From Vicugna vicugna (Eukaryota), in contig MU057724.1 in the NCBI GenBank assembly GCA_013265495.1, forward strand, positions 1,317,102 to 1,381,101: 64,000 nt of DNA, read 5' to 3'. Below are positions 24,892 through 37,300 of this stretch, piece after piece. The stretch's first letter is position 1. Each line of letters starts with the position of its first letter. The notes below the pieces were generated by a model, which saw nothing but the letters and a program-made list of their open reading frames with translations, did not search any database and was not told the origin of the DNA. The position numbers were made by a program, and so were the translations under genes.

Positions 24892-27800
24892 AAGAATACT
24901 TTTTTATTTATGGAGTTTCAGGTGCCGGTGGCTCTTTGAATGAGCCTCAGATGAGACTGTCGTAAACTCGTCCCATGACAAATATGTTCTTTTGAATAAA
25001 ATACTCATTCAAATCTGGCTAGGCTCATGAATATTAAATTAATTTAATAAATTTACTACTTTAAATATTAATGCATCAATTTCATAGCTATTAAATGAAT
25101 GTAATAAATAACTTTAAACATAAATTAAAGTGATTAGAATAAAAAATTAAACTCTGATTTTAAAAAGGAAGTAAGATGGCCCGAGTTGTCACCGAACTCT
25201 GTCACATGTGGGTAAAAGACTCTCGCGCTAGTAAATGAGAGGGAAAAAAATTCATCTGGACGGGCTTCTGAATCTATTTTGAGTTTCTCTTTAAAGCTGA
25301 TGTTTGGTCCAAATCCGTGTTGGGGTCCTGCCGTGGCTCTTTGTTGTTGAGGGGAGGACTCCTGGTGTGGATGTGGTACCCGCCGTACCTGTGCGCACCT
25401 GCCCGGGTCCTCTGGGACGGAGGGTGCGTCAGGGAACCCAGCGCTTGCTGGGACTCTGTCCAGGGCAAGGCCTCTAGCAAGAAATGAGATTTAGTCAGCA
25501 CAAGCTTGACACACAGGAAAAACCAGAACAGTAGTGACTGTCCCTCCAGCTTCTGACTTGGTGGAAGTACCGACCTTCAAGGCCATCTGAGAAACTGGAG
25601 GGAGGGGAAGGAGTCCGCACCCATCATCGTGGAGACAGTATTCGTTCCTGAAACTGTGACTGTCGGAGGCAAGGGGGAGCTTTTAATAATCATCTCAGGA
25701 CAACAAGCTTCAACAGAGAGGCCGGGGGAGCCAGTGAGCTGACCTCACTGGGAGAAGGTTGTCTCACTCCACAGAATCAGCCTAAAGAAGATAATTTTCA
25801 ATACAAGAAAATTACCTCTAAATTAAAACATCTTGCATCATGTTTGAACAACATTTTATCATGACAATGAAGTAATATTCAGCTCTTCTCTCTCTTTGGT
25901 ATGCGTGTGGGATGCATCCCACAGACAGATGTCAGCAGATTTCTGGGTTCAGGTTAGGGAGGGCCTGACAGCAGTGACTTCTCTAAGTTTCTTGAAAAAA
26001 CACATTTCAGCCTAGCGTGCTACAGCATAGGACTCAAATATTATAAACAGTCGAAGTGCATTGCGGACTTAGAAGCCAAGGAGTGGTCCTGGCTCCCCGC
26101 CCCTGGACCACGCGTCTCAGGGCGGCTGCTCTCCAGGACACCTCTTGGTTTCTAACACAGACACATTTATGGCAGGCAGGTTTCACCAGGCAACTGAGAT
26201 AAGAAATTATTCCACATTCACCAGGTGAATAAAATGTAGGCTTGAGCTGGGGCCCCGCTGTCAGATCCGGCCGGTGCACACCCCTCAAACACAGGACATA
26301 TCCCTGCCCTCACTAACCGTCACAGACTCAGACTCTCATCCTCAACCATGGTTCAGTGCATTGATTCAAAGCGGCGCTGCAGTGATTCAAAGCAGAAAGA
26401 TCCCAGGGCAATTCATCGTACGTTGTTAATTTAAGGAACACAATCGTTCCCAAGCGATGCTATTTACACTTGGGTCAATTTCTAGAAATATAGATTTCTT
26501 TGAATCGGAGAATTTTTAAAATTCTACCAAGGGAAAAAAAGAAAAATGATTGAATCACAGTGATAAAGTTCATAATGAAATTTTAGAGATCAAATTAGTA
26601 AAAGTGAAGAATAGCGCTGCCTTGGAAATAAAATGTGCAGACACTCCCGTGGTAATTTAGCAGTTACTTAATAAAGCGCTTAATCTCTGTCGGCGGAGCA
26701 GCCTGCAGACAACCCGCAGGAGGGTGAGGCAGTGATGGCTTGTTCTGTGCGCAGAGCTGTTGGCTCAGATGCAGCAGCTAGCCCAGTAAACTCGCCTCTT
26801 TTTCTCTCTAGAGCCGGTCACTGCCCACTGAGCTGGCAAACGTGTGTGCATATGTTAACGAGAAATCAGGAGAAAAGAGCTGCTTTCTGTAAAGCATTGT
26901 ACGCTTTCATCTAATTTTGTGCTCTTTCACTATTTCTGTTTTTATCCCTTTATCATTACTGTTCAAGTTTACAAGATTTGTAAAATTAGTACACAGTAGA
27001 TGCACTGGTTTTAGTAAACATCCAATTAATTAAGTTCAGAAACGTATTTGGTTAGGACAAATTTCACATGAATGGAGACCAAAAGAGAAGAATAAAGATG
27101 TGTAAAGAAGAATATTTTTAAAGGAAGGGTTTCTACTAAATATGCCTCCAAGCCCACCCACACCAAAGGCGAGGAAAAGGAGGCGCCCACAGGACATCCA
27201 CATTCTAACGTGTTGTTAATTACTCCGGCGGGGAGGGTGGGCAGAAGGCAAGAGAGGGTACCCGTGGTCGGCGTCTTGCTTAGTTGAAGGCGGATGCAAA
27301 GCAGAAACAGCGCTGCGAGGGCAGATTTGATTTGTGGCTTAACCAGGAGACCCGTCAAGACCATTTACAGTGAAAAAAAAAAGTATGTTTGTGGTTACTG
27401 ATGGGCAAACGTGAGTTAGATGTCAAATACCAGGCGCCCAGTGTCACGGAGAGAGTAAAGGTAGGTCCTGCCTTCAAAGCATTTTTGTTGTGGTTTTTAA
27501 CATCTTCTGTGTAATTAGTTGTAATCCACACAGACCGCACTTCCCAGTGTGTTTGCCCCTATGTTGCAAAACATCCTTCCCCGTTTCCCGTAACACAGAA
27601 GACGTAGTGCTACATGACCTGCGTGTGTAAAAGCTGTTTCAGACTTTTTGAAGAGGAATTTTTCCAGAGGGCATGAGACATTAGGACCTACTGACGGTGA
27701 ACTGGGAGAGGCTGATAAAGATGTGGTGGACGTGGTTTTGCCTGTTTTTGTTCAACATGTAAGCATGTCATTTCATTTCTGTAGCCTCCTTTTCCATTTA

Positions 27801-28854
27801 CATGCATAGAACTGAGGAATTGTGTCTTTGAATAGTCTGCATGCAAGGAATCATTGCTGTCATGTGAACGTGAATTCGTTCGCTAACCGGGGTCCCTTAG
27901 GAGAGCCAGCCCCGGCCCCTCCCCGGGTGGACTGCAGCCGGCCCGGGCGGTCTCTGTCATAAACATCAGAGACGCAGAGGAAGGGAAAGCTTTCTCTTTT
28001 CCCTGCCCACTGATGTGCTCTAGATCACCGGCGTTTCCAAACTTCAGGCCAATTCTAACAGGGGATCTTCAACAAATGAAGAGAGTATGGGAAACTTTTT
28101 ACTTGTAGAGAGAGAAAAAAGGCTTAAGATCACAACAGCATTCTAAGGAAAAAGGCATGATGGCTCAGAACACGCTCTGTCTGAGAAAATCGGTAAATCA
28201 GTTTCCCAGGTTCATGCCTTGTGCTAAAGCAGGCTTGGGGTCTAGCCTCTGTCTTAAGGCTCTTCCAGCATTGGCAGTGGGAGTCCAGGGTGAATCGTCA
28301 TCAAGCAGTGGGTTTTTGATGTTTGGTTAGGCAAGTAATTCCAGAAAATCAAAGAGGTAGGTTGGGATTGAAGACCAGCAGGAACCGTGGAGAACGGCAG
28401 ACTTGGGTTTGGCCCCTACTTAGTAGCTGTGAAGTATCTTGTGTGTGTGTGGTGTCCCTGCAATTGTTTCATCTGGGAAAGGGCAGTGCTCTGGCGATGG
28501 CTTAGCTCTTGCAGGGGTTAGAGGGACCGTCGTGTGACAGGGTCTAGCGCAGTGTGATGGTCGTTGTAGCAAACACGTTCCGCCGAAGCACAGCAGTGGA
28601 CGCACCGGCAGTGAACGGCGTACGTGTGTTCACCCATCGGTGACTCGGGGTCAGGAACGAGTGGCGCCTCACAGGCCTTGTCATCTTCACGCGAATATTC
28701 TGCTTGATAATATTTCAGCATTCCTTCTTCAATCTCACACAGATTCACTCTTTGTGAAAGATTTCTCTCTGGGTTGAGAATGATGAGCCTAAATTATAAA
28801 TGCAAATGGCATTGCATTCAAACTTTTTAGCATTGTTCTGTCTTCCTGCATTTT

Positions 28855-28978
28855 GGGGGGCCTGGGGAATAGAACTAGGTTTATCTATTTATTTATTGTT
28901 AGTGGAGGCGCTGCAGATTGAACCCAGAACCCCGTGCACGCTGAGCACGCGCTGCACCCCGAGCTGTCCCCGCCTCAG
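28855..28978 (-). mobile_element. tRNA-Ala-derived SINE (camelid vic-1-like), GC-shifted
   Basis: tggaggcgctgcagattgaacccagaaccccgtgcacgctgagcacgcgc with the 'actaggtttatctattta' tail. Confidence 0.8.
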
Positions 28979-29719
28979 CCTGCACTAATTTATGTAACAC
29001 GCATCTGCTATGAAGAGGAGCTCAGGGGCGAACGGTCTTCAGTTGTGAGAGCGCTTGGGGTAGAGCGCTTGGGGGTTGGGCCCTCCCTGCGCATTTTCCC
29101 GTTCGCGGCTCCCCCTCGGCCGTGCTCGGTGGCTTTACTGCAGCCACGGCGCTGAACGCCGCGACTCATCGTGCTCTTCTTCACGCGTGCAGATACCGTT
29201 ACTTGCAGCTTTTAGGCACTTAAAAGTATTTATCGGTATCTTCAAAATGCCAGGTACATTTTATGTAATCATTCATAGAATATGCTGAGTTGAACACTGT
29301 TTCATACTGTCAAAAAATCAACAAAAAATAAGTTTTAATAAATCAGTAAGTTATTTGTGCTCCATTATTACTAAAACTATTTTATTTTATAGTGCAAATT
29401 TTTTTCCTTTCTTGAGATGCATTCCACAGGACAATTTACATACACAAAGCTAAATGAGTTTCTTTTTTCTGAAAACATCCTCAGACTTTATTAGGCTAAT
29501 GAACTTCACCACATGGATTTGACCAAGTTTGCCTTTTCCCCAGAAGCAAGCAGAAACAATCGTGATGGAAAGCCCTGAGGAAGTGAGAATCTAGTCTGTG
29601 ACCATTTATTATGAAGTTTGGGTCAATTGCAGATTTCAAAACTGTTCACACATTGCTGTCAGCTTTTATTTGTTTGTTTTTTTTTTCTTTTCTCCCTCCT
29701 TTTGGACTTGGCCTCCACC

Positions 29720-30530
29720 AGGCGCTAACACGACGGGTACTGCTGGTGGCGGGGTTTCCCATCGGTCACGACTGCGCGGCGGAGGCAGCGGCATAGGGGG
29801 CGTCGCCGGCCGGAGGCCGACGCCGCGCACTGGAGGCTGGAGCGCGCGGCCCGAGCCCTCGCGTTGCTGGGGTCTCGCTCCCCTCCTCTCGCGAGGACGC
29901 GCCTCAGTAACGGGACGTCACCAGCGCGAGGGGAGGGCGGGGCGTCTGTCCCCTCCGGCCTTGACTCCGCCTTCGCGCGCGCGCCTCCCGCAGCCCGCCG
30001 CCCGCCGCGGGTCGGCCGTGTCCGGCGCCGCCGGGACGGGGGCCGCGGGGCCGCCGCGTGGGCTCCCCGCGCGGCCGGGGAGGACTTGCCCGCGGAGGGG
30101 CCGGGAGGGTCACCGGGGCGCGAAGCGCCAGCGCTCTTCCCGAAAGCGCGGGACAGGCGAGAGCACGAAACGCGCGCCGGGGCCTCTGTGCTGCCGTCTC
30201 GCTGCTCCTCTGAGTTAAGGAAGTTCTCGCCCACAGGACATCCCCCGGCTGTTCCGCGGGCGCAGGGGCTCTGCGCTCAGGCAGGTGCGTGCGGGCCGCG
30301 GGCCCAGGGCGCGCCGCGAGGCCCGGGGAGGGCCGCTCCGGCCGGCGGGGCGTAGCTGTTGGCTCAGGCCGGCCGTCCACCCTGACGGAGACGCGGTGGT
30401 CAGTGCGGCCCCAGGGGAACGTCTGCGGAACGTTCGGCTGAAAACCACCTCATCGCGTCTATCGACGAAAAGCAAAGGCACGGATGCGGGGTGTCCGCCG
30501 GTTCCCCGCGCAGACTTAGCGGTCGGGGGC
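29720..30530. promoter_or_regulatory. Intronic CpG island upstream of SNTG1 exon 30810-30920
   Basis: About 800 bp of GC/CpG-dense sequence; GACGTCAC near 29913 and a GC box GGGCGGGG near 29935. Confidence 0.8.
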
Positions 30531-30809
30531 TTGTTCCCAGTTCACCGTCATGCAGAACAACTTAGACTGACTCATTCAGGTGTATTTTTTAAATAAGTAT
30601 GTCATGGGAACAAAAGTCATTTCTGGGAATTAAAGGATATACTGAATACTGAATTACAGCCTTTGATAAACACGTTTGAATTTACTTTTAAGTACTGGGA
30701 GGTCGTACTAACTTGATGGGATTCACATTTACCAGTTAAAAGTGAGCGCTTCTTGGTCTGAGCGCAGACGTAACTGCACTGACCCCTCTGTGTCTTTTCT
30801 CCCCTGCAG

Positions 30810-30920
30810 GCTGTGCTTTGGAGGTATAAGTTTTCTCAGCTTAAAGGCTCTTCGGATGATGGCAAGAGCAAAATCAAGTTTTTGTTTCAGAATTCAGATA
30901 CTAAACAGATTGAAGCAAAG
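30810..30920 (+). CDS. SNTG1: Gamma-1-syntrophin coding exon (syntrophin-unique region): AVLWRYKFSQLKGSSDDGKSKIKFLFQNSDTKQIEAK
   Basis: Acceptor tcttttctcccctgcag| and donor |gtaaac; 111 nt, phase 0/0. Carries the syntrophin-typical 'LW.Y.F..LK.SSDDG' motif. Confidence 0.95.
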
Positions 30921-32816
30921 GTAAACCCAGTCCATCACATACACCACCTCTAACTGCGTTAATGCCTTAAGAAGCAGCAGGGGAGGCAGTTTAGGAGACT
31001 CCAAAGAGGGGAAACACACATCCTCTGTTTGCCTTGGAACATGCCTCGTGGCCAAGAGGATGAATTCACCTTAAGATCTGAATGGCAAATTTTCACTGAA
31101 GGGCATAAGAAAGTAAATTACGCACAACACGTTGTGTGTCTTAGTTTTAGTTTCTCATTTATTAAAAATAGTTTCAGAAGAGATTCATCAAATGTTACAG
31201 GCAGCGATTTTTGAGCAGGGAAAGGAGCAGTCTTAAAAATAAATGCGCGAACCTGACCATCGGTGAGTTACTGGCCTTCTCTCAGTGAGGGAGGGTGATA
31301 TCTACATGGGCAGCACTGAAAATACCAGATTAAAAATGGAGACGGTTAACAAGAAGTGGTACCATCTCACCACGCAGAACAGCGGGCCTGCTGGTCCTGC
31401 TACAGAGCTGTCTAGCCGTGCTGGTGCGCAGCACAGCCGCCAAGATCGTAAACTGCATAAGATTAAAACTAGTACAAGTGCTAAGTATTTTATAACTTTG
31501 ATAACTGCACCTTGTGAGGAATAATCAAAAGTGCCATCACAGGAAGAAAGCAAGGAGGATGCCCGTGTGTCACATCACTGGACTCACGGGACCGCGCAGC
31601 ACAAGGGTGGCTTATGGCTGAAACTGATGTCACTTGAGGATTCAGCACGTCCTCTGTTGAGAACATCACTTTCTCTAAATGAGGGAATGGGCAGCATGAT
31701 CCAGTGGAAAGAAAATTAGGAAGCATTGGCCCTGGGCAGACTCTTCTTTACCGTGTCCTAGCTCTGTTACTTGAGGCAGTTTATCACCAAATCTATGACT
31801 GCTGCTTTGCAGGGAAAGTACAAGGAATAAATACCCCTGGGACCCGGCAGATGGAAGACTCTCAGCAGATCACTTCATCTTTAAAGAATGCACCACAATG
31901 ACTAAGGGGGAATTTTTAAAACATACTGTAGTAGTAAGAATGTGAACTTCATAGTTAAAGCACGCTGTCATCCACACAGAAATATGTTGCCCGTTCTCTC
32001 GGGTAAGTTATTTAAACAGCCTCAGCGTCCTCCTGTGTCAGACAGAGATCATGAGCTCCATGGTTGCTGTAAGGATAAAAGTGCACGCACTCTGTTCAGA
32101 AGATTTGGAGAAACCAAAATACTTCCACGACGTGTTCAGAGACACCTTAGAACTGGCAGAAAGTTATGGGTAGAGAAAAAGTGCAAAGAGAGCTTCTGCC
32201 ATCAGCATGAAGATCAGATGAGATGAATCCACAGAGGAGCCCGTGACCTGAAGCAGATACAGGACCAGGAAGGAGATGCGGTGCATGACCTCCGTTCAGA
32301 GCCCTTTCCACGCGCAGTCGGAATCAGTGAACAGTGCGAGTGGACACCAGCCCGGTCGTGGGGGTAATTATTTGGAAACTCTCTGAGCTGACGGGCTATC
32401 CCATCCCTCCTCCTCCATGAGCGTGTGCTGAAGTGAGGACTATGAAGTGCCAACCCCATGCTCTAGCTGTGAGTGTGGACCAAGCTCTGAGTGTCCAAGG
32501 GTCTTTAGAAGTGACGGGAGCCCGAGTTCATAAGACAAACCCCCAGCTTATCCTCAGTCACGATTTTTCTCGTCTTCAACTGACATCAGAGACAAGCTGC
32601 CTTAAGCAGGATGTACGTTAACCACCTCAGGGTGCTTAGAAAGACTTGCAGCTAGTTTTTAGAAACTAGCTCTTATGAAATAGAATATTTAGTGATTTTA
32701 TGGAGTATGAATATCATAATTGATAAAAAAAAAAAACCTCTATAGCAGAATAGAAACAGTGAAAGCTGGAAACTACAACTGCGGTGTCCTCTCAAGGTGC
32801 AGCAGAACAAGCCGCT

Positions 32817-32855
32817 GTCCCATGGGTCACCGTCCCACGGGTCACCGTCCCCGGG
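32817..32855 (+). repeat. 15-bp tandem repeat, about 2.6 copies
   Basis: gtcccatgggtcacc gtcccacgggtcacc gtccccggg. Confidence 0.8.
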
Positions 32856-33074
32856 ATCTGAGATTTATCCTTGGGTTTTGAAAGTTTGGGGACAAAGTTT
32901 AGTTTCTTTTTTACTATTCAAAACTCAGTTTTCCCTTTTGATCAGAAAAAAATACGTATTCAGTTTGGGGGTACTTTTTGGGTAATCCGTCTATTTCTCC
33001 CACTTCCACTATCTCTCCTGCTTGGCGTGAACGCCAGCTGCCGACGCGCGGCTCCCGCCTCTCCCCTCCTGTGC

Positions 33075-33254
33075 GCTTTGCCTGAGGTCTGCCAGGGCAG
33101 TGCCCGTGGAGTAACTAAAATTTCACAGTGTTTCGCATTTCCCCACAAATGACCCTGAAAGCTCCATCAATACTGATTTTGGAATTACAAATAAATTTTA
33201 GCAAGTAGGTAAACTTGCAAATACAGAATCTGCAAAAAATGAGAATCTACTGTA
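33075..33254 (-). mobile_element. TcMar-Tigger DNA transposon fragment (MER82-like)
   Basis: 'ttacaaataaattttagcaagtaggtaaacttgcaaatacagaatctgc...gagaatctactg' followed by TA matches the recalled MER82 terminus. Confidence 0.65.
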
Positions 33255-33284
33255 TGCGGGAGCGAAAAATCCTAACTCGTCAGT

Positions 33285-34295
33285 GTGTCAAAGGTAAAAT
33301 CACAAGATTTTAGGAACAATACAAGGATGCCTGCTCTCACTCCTACTCAGCATCGTGCTGTGTGTTCTAGACGCAACAGGCAAAAGAAAAAAAGAGTTAA
33401 AATAACTATCTTGAATCACACATGCTATGATCTTGTATATTGAAAAATAATAAAGACCCCTCTGAAATACTGCTTTAATAAATTAGTTCAGCAGTGTTTC
33501 CATACAGAAAATCAACACAGAAGTGCCACTTAACATTTATATATACTAGCGGTAAACAGCTCCCAAATGAAACTGAGAAACAGTTCTGTTTTCAATAACA
33601 CCTAAATGAATGAGAAAATTCTATTAGGAAAAAAATCTAATAAAAAATATATGGAAAATGTGTATATGGAAAACATAACATTGTTATAAGAAATTAAGAA
33701 GATTTGCATAAAGGGAAAGACGTTCTATATTCACTAATCAGAAGAGAATATTGCAAAAAGGGCAGTTTCTCCCTGAGTTGAACCACAGATTCAATTAAAA
33801 GAAAACCTTTCAAAATATCAGCTGCTTTTATTATGTAAATTGACAAGCTAATCCTGAAACTTTACAAAAATGCAAGGAATCCAGAATAGCGAAAACAGTG
33901 AGAAAAATAAAGTTGGAGAATTCACACTTCTTGATTTCAAAAGTTACTACAAAGCTGTGGTAATCAAGAGAGTGCATTGATTACTCCGGCATGAGAGTAG
34001 ACATGGATCAATGAAACAGAGCTGACCGCCCTTCCCCCTAAAAAACTGTCACATTTCTAGTCGTTTGATTTAGGACAAAACTGCCAATGAAGAAAAAAAC
34101 TTATTTTCAATAAATGATACAACAACCAGTCTCATGCAAAAGAATGATTTTGAAACCTTGTAGCAAATTGTAGAAAAAACTAAGACAAAATAGATCTCAG
34201 ACCTAAATTTAAGAGCTGAAACTAAAAACTCTTACAAAAAAAAATGGGATTATATTTTGCTACTTTGGGTTAGGCAGTGGTTTCAGTGGATACCA
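33285..34295 (+). mobile_element. L1 ORF2 fragment (RT to C-terminal region, degenerate)
   Basis: 'ggaacaatacaaggatgcctgctctcact' (TRQGCPLS motif) and 'gatttcaaaagttactacaaagctgtggtaatcaaga'. Confidence 0.85.
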
Positions 34296-34298
34296 AAA

Positions 34299-34365
34299 CG
34301 TGTGTGCGTGTGTGTGTAATATGCGCGCGCGCACACACACACACACTCACACACACACACACACA
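34299..34365. repeat. (TG)n-(CG)n-(CA)n compound microsatellite
   Basis: cgtgtgtgcgtgtgtgtgtaatatgcgcgcgcgcacacacacacacactcacacac... Confidence 0.9.
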
Positions 34366-34799
34366 ACCCCCCTCAAAACCTATAAACATAACTGACCAAT
34401 GGGAGAAGATATTATTTCCCGATTCTGTGACTATTGCTTAAGCTTATGTTCTGTGTTCTCTAACGTGATGAGAACACAAATTGAAAAAGCATTGGCATTT
34501 TTCCTTCAAAGTAATATGCTTGTGGAAAGTTGCATTTGAAATGGTCATTTAAATATTGATTTTAACAAAAAGTCAAGCTATTGATTTTCACATGACGTAG
34601 CCACAGATGTTGCTTTAATAACGTTTCTATTTCTATCACAGCAGTGAGTGATAGGTTGTGTAAGAAGACACTTCTGGAGATTTTAGACAAGAAACATCTT
34701 GTCTTAGACTACAGGTTATGAAGAACTGTATCTTCTCAGGCACACTTATTTAGTGTTATAAAACCATAACTACAATTGTAATACACAGTTTTTACTAAA

Positions 34800-35060
34800 A
34801 TTATTACTGTGAAATGCAAACCCACAGGAAGGTGGAGAGCTAGGACAGAGCTAGCCCACGTGTCCTTCATTCAGTTTCCCCCAGTGGGTGTATCTTGTAC
34901 AACTGAGTTACAGTGCAAAAAACAGGAGCTTCACACCGAAGCAATACGTGTATAGTTCTGTGTCAGTTATAGCAGATGTAGACTTGTGTGCCCACGTCCA
35001 CACCTAGCACGGAACCCTCTCCCTCGTGCTGCCCTTTGTAGGCAACCGCACACCTGTCAC
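34800..35060 (-). mobile_element. L1MC-like 3' fragment
   Basis: 'gtgtccttcattcagtttcccccagtgg...atcttgtacaact' resembles the recalled L1MC 3' end. Confidence 0.6.
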
Positions 35061-35064
35061 TAGG

Positions 35065-35405
35065 TGGGATTTTAATATTGTTGATTTCAAATTTCATTCT
35101 TTCTAATATAAACATTTAATTATATAATTTCTTTCTTAGAATTGGATTTGCTGCATTCCACAAATTTTGATATCTTGTACTCTCTATTTTCATTCAACCC
35201 AACGTGTTTTTAATTTCCCTCAAGGCTTCCTCTTTGACACATGGATTTTTTTTTAGACGTGTGATGTTTATGTTCTAAGTATTTGAAGATTGCTGTTATA
35301 GTTCTAGAATTGATTGCTAGTCTGATACAGTTAGTCAGAGAACATACTCTGTATAATTTCACTTTCTTTCTCTTTTTCTTTATGGCCCAAGATACGAGCT
35401 CATCT
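35065..35405 (-). mobile_element. L1 ORF2 5' fragment (antisense)
   Basis: 'tttgctgcattccacaaattttgata' is the antisense of the L1 'NLWDAAK' segment. Confidence 0.7.
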
Positions 35406-35409
35406 CAGT

Positions 35410-37300
35410 TACTAAACTTGAATAAGACAAAATAAACTTTAAGGCAAAAATTGTCCCTAAAGTAAAGAAGGATGCTATATAATAAAAAGGATCAATTCAA
35501 CAGAAAGCTGTAACAACTGTAAATATGTATGCATCCAACATCAGAGAACCTAACAGATAAAAAATATTGACAGGTTGGAAGGGAGAAGTTGACAGCAACA
35601 CAGCTGTAGTAGGAGGCTTCAGAGCCCGCTGCCAGTGCGGAACAGAACATTCAGGCAGAACAGCAACACAGAAGCAGCTGACGTAACAACGCCACAGAGC
35701 AAGTGGACCGAACAGACGTAAACAGAACAGCCCATTCAGACTCTTCCCAAGGGCATGGAACGTTCTCCAGGGTAGATCAAATGTTAGGTCACAAAACATG
35801 TCTTAACAAATTAAAAAGATTGAAATTTAAAAACAAAGTTCTTCTTAGACCACACGTGGATGAAACTAGAAATCAATCACAGAAAGAAACCAGAAAAATC
35901 CCACACATACATGGAAACTAAGTGACACAGTCTTGAAAAAAATCACTAGCCAAAAGGTGAAATTAAAAGGGAACTTAAAAAAAATACCTGAGAGAAACAA
36001 AAATGAAAATTCAGCACACCCAAACCTATGGGATGCAGCAAAAGCACTATTAGGAGGGAAGTTCCTACATTATAAAGAAAAAGAACAAACCAAACCCAAA
36101 AATTATCATAAGGAAGCAAATAATAAAGATTAGTGAATAAATAAATGAAATAGAGAATAAATAAACAATAGGAAAAATCAGTAAAATTAAGTTGTGTTTT
36201 TTGAAAAGAAAAACAAAAGTCAAAAACTCAGATAAAGAAGAAAAGCTACCTAAATAAACACATTTAGAAGTGTAAGAGGAGACATGCTATGGAGAACACA
36301 GAGAAAATGGGTGAGGGCCTCGTATGAATACCAGTGAACTGGGTAACCTGGAAGATGGATGAATTCCTAGAGACACAGAAACTAGGAAGACTGAATGAAG
36401 AAGAAACAGGAAGTCTGCACAGACCCGCAGCAGCATACTTACGGATCAGAAGATTAACAGACCGATGGGCTGACTGGTCAGCAGTAGATGGACAGACAGA
36501 CAGACAGAGATGTACAGCACGTGTGCACACACACACTGGGACAGTATTCAGCCTTACACGAAGAGGGCATCCTGCTGTTTGTGACTTTGGTGGAGTGGAG
36601 TGAGGTCCTAATAAGCAAGTGGAGCGAAATAACAAGACATGGGAAGAGAAACACTGCGTGGCCCGACCTGCGTGTGGCGTCTGAAACAGCCACACACAGA
36701 AGCAGAGGGGAGGACGGGGGTTGCCAGGGGCTGCAGGGAGGGAAATGGGGGGACGTTGGTCAAGGGCACAAATTTCAGTTTTGCAGGATGAATAGGGAGC
36801 TAATGTACCTGTAATGACATAGGTAGCAATATTTCTTTCTTTTTTTCACTTTTTTTCAACATTACTTTATTGAGTTATGGTCATTTTACAATGTTGTGTC
36901 AAATTCCAGTGTAGAGCACAATTTTCAGTTCTACATAAACATACATATATTCATTGTCATATTTTTTTTGCTATGAGCTACCACCAGATCTTGTATATAT
37001 TTCCCTGTGCTGTACAGTATAATCTTGTTTATCTATTCTGCATATGCCTGTCAGTATCTACAAATTTTGAGCAATATTAGTATACTTGAAATTTGCAGAC
37101 AGAATAGATGGTAAATTAACCATTCCCACCACACACAATAGCAGTTACAGAGGTGACTGTGTGTTAATTAGCTTAATTAGCTTGATGTTGGTGCACTTTT
37201 TTACAATGTGTGTATATATAAAAACATCAAGTCATACACCTTAAATAAATACCATTTTATATGTCTAAGATACCACAATAAACCTTACAAAAAATAAAAG
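35410..37300 (+). mobile_element. L1 (L1MA-like): endonuclease-region fragment joined to a 3' end, interrupted by a younger L1
   Basis: ORF-track peptides 'HGTFSRVDQMLGHKTCLNK' and 'PNLWDAAKALLGGKF'; 3' UTR phrases to 'caataaaccttacaaaaaataaaa'. Confidence 0.85.
36834..37069 (-). mobile_element. Short 5'-truncated L1 3' end nested in an older L1
   Basis: T-rich tail; same family as 16920-17381; flanked by the direct repeat AGCAATATT (36825-36833 and 37070-37078). Confidence 0.85.

Noticed and set aside
29598..30596. Cluster of 100-200-aa ORFs
   Set aside because: Same GC-rich artefact; several frames are open on both strands.
30846..30869. Walker A-like GSSDDGKS in SNTG1
   Set aside because: It matches the GxxxxGKS pattern but is part of the conserved syntrophin SSDDG motif, with no NTPase fold context or Walker B motif.
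35065..36130. Twin-priming L1 inversion
   Set aside because: The opposite-orientation pieces both contain the same 'NLWDAAK' ORF2 segment and are diverged, which fits two independent insertions better.
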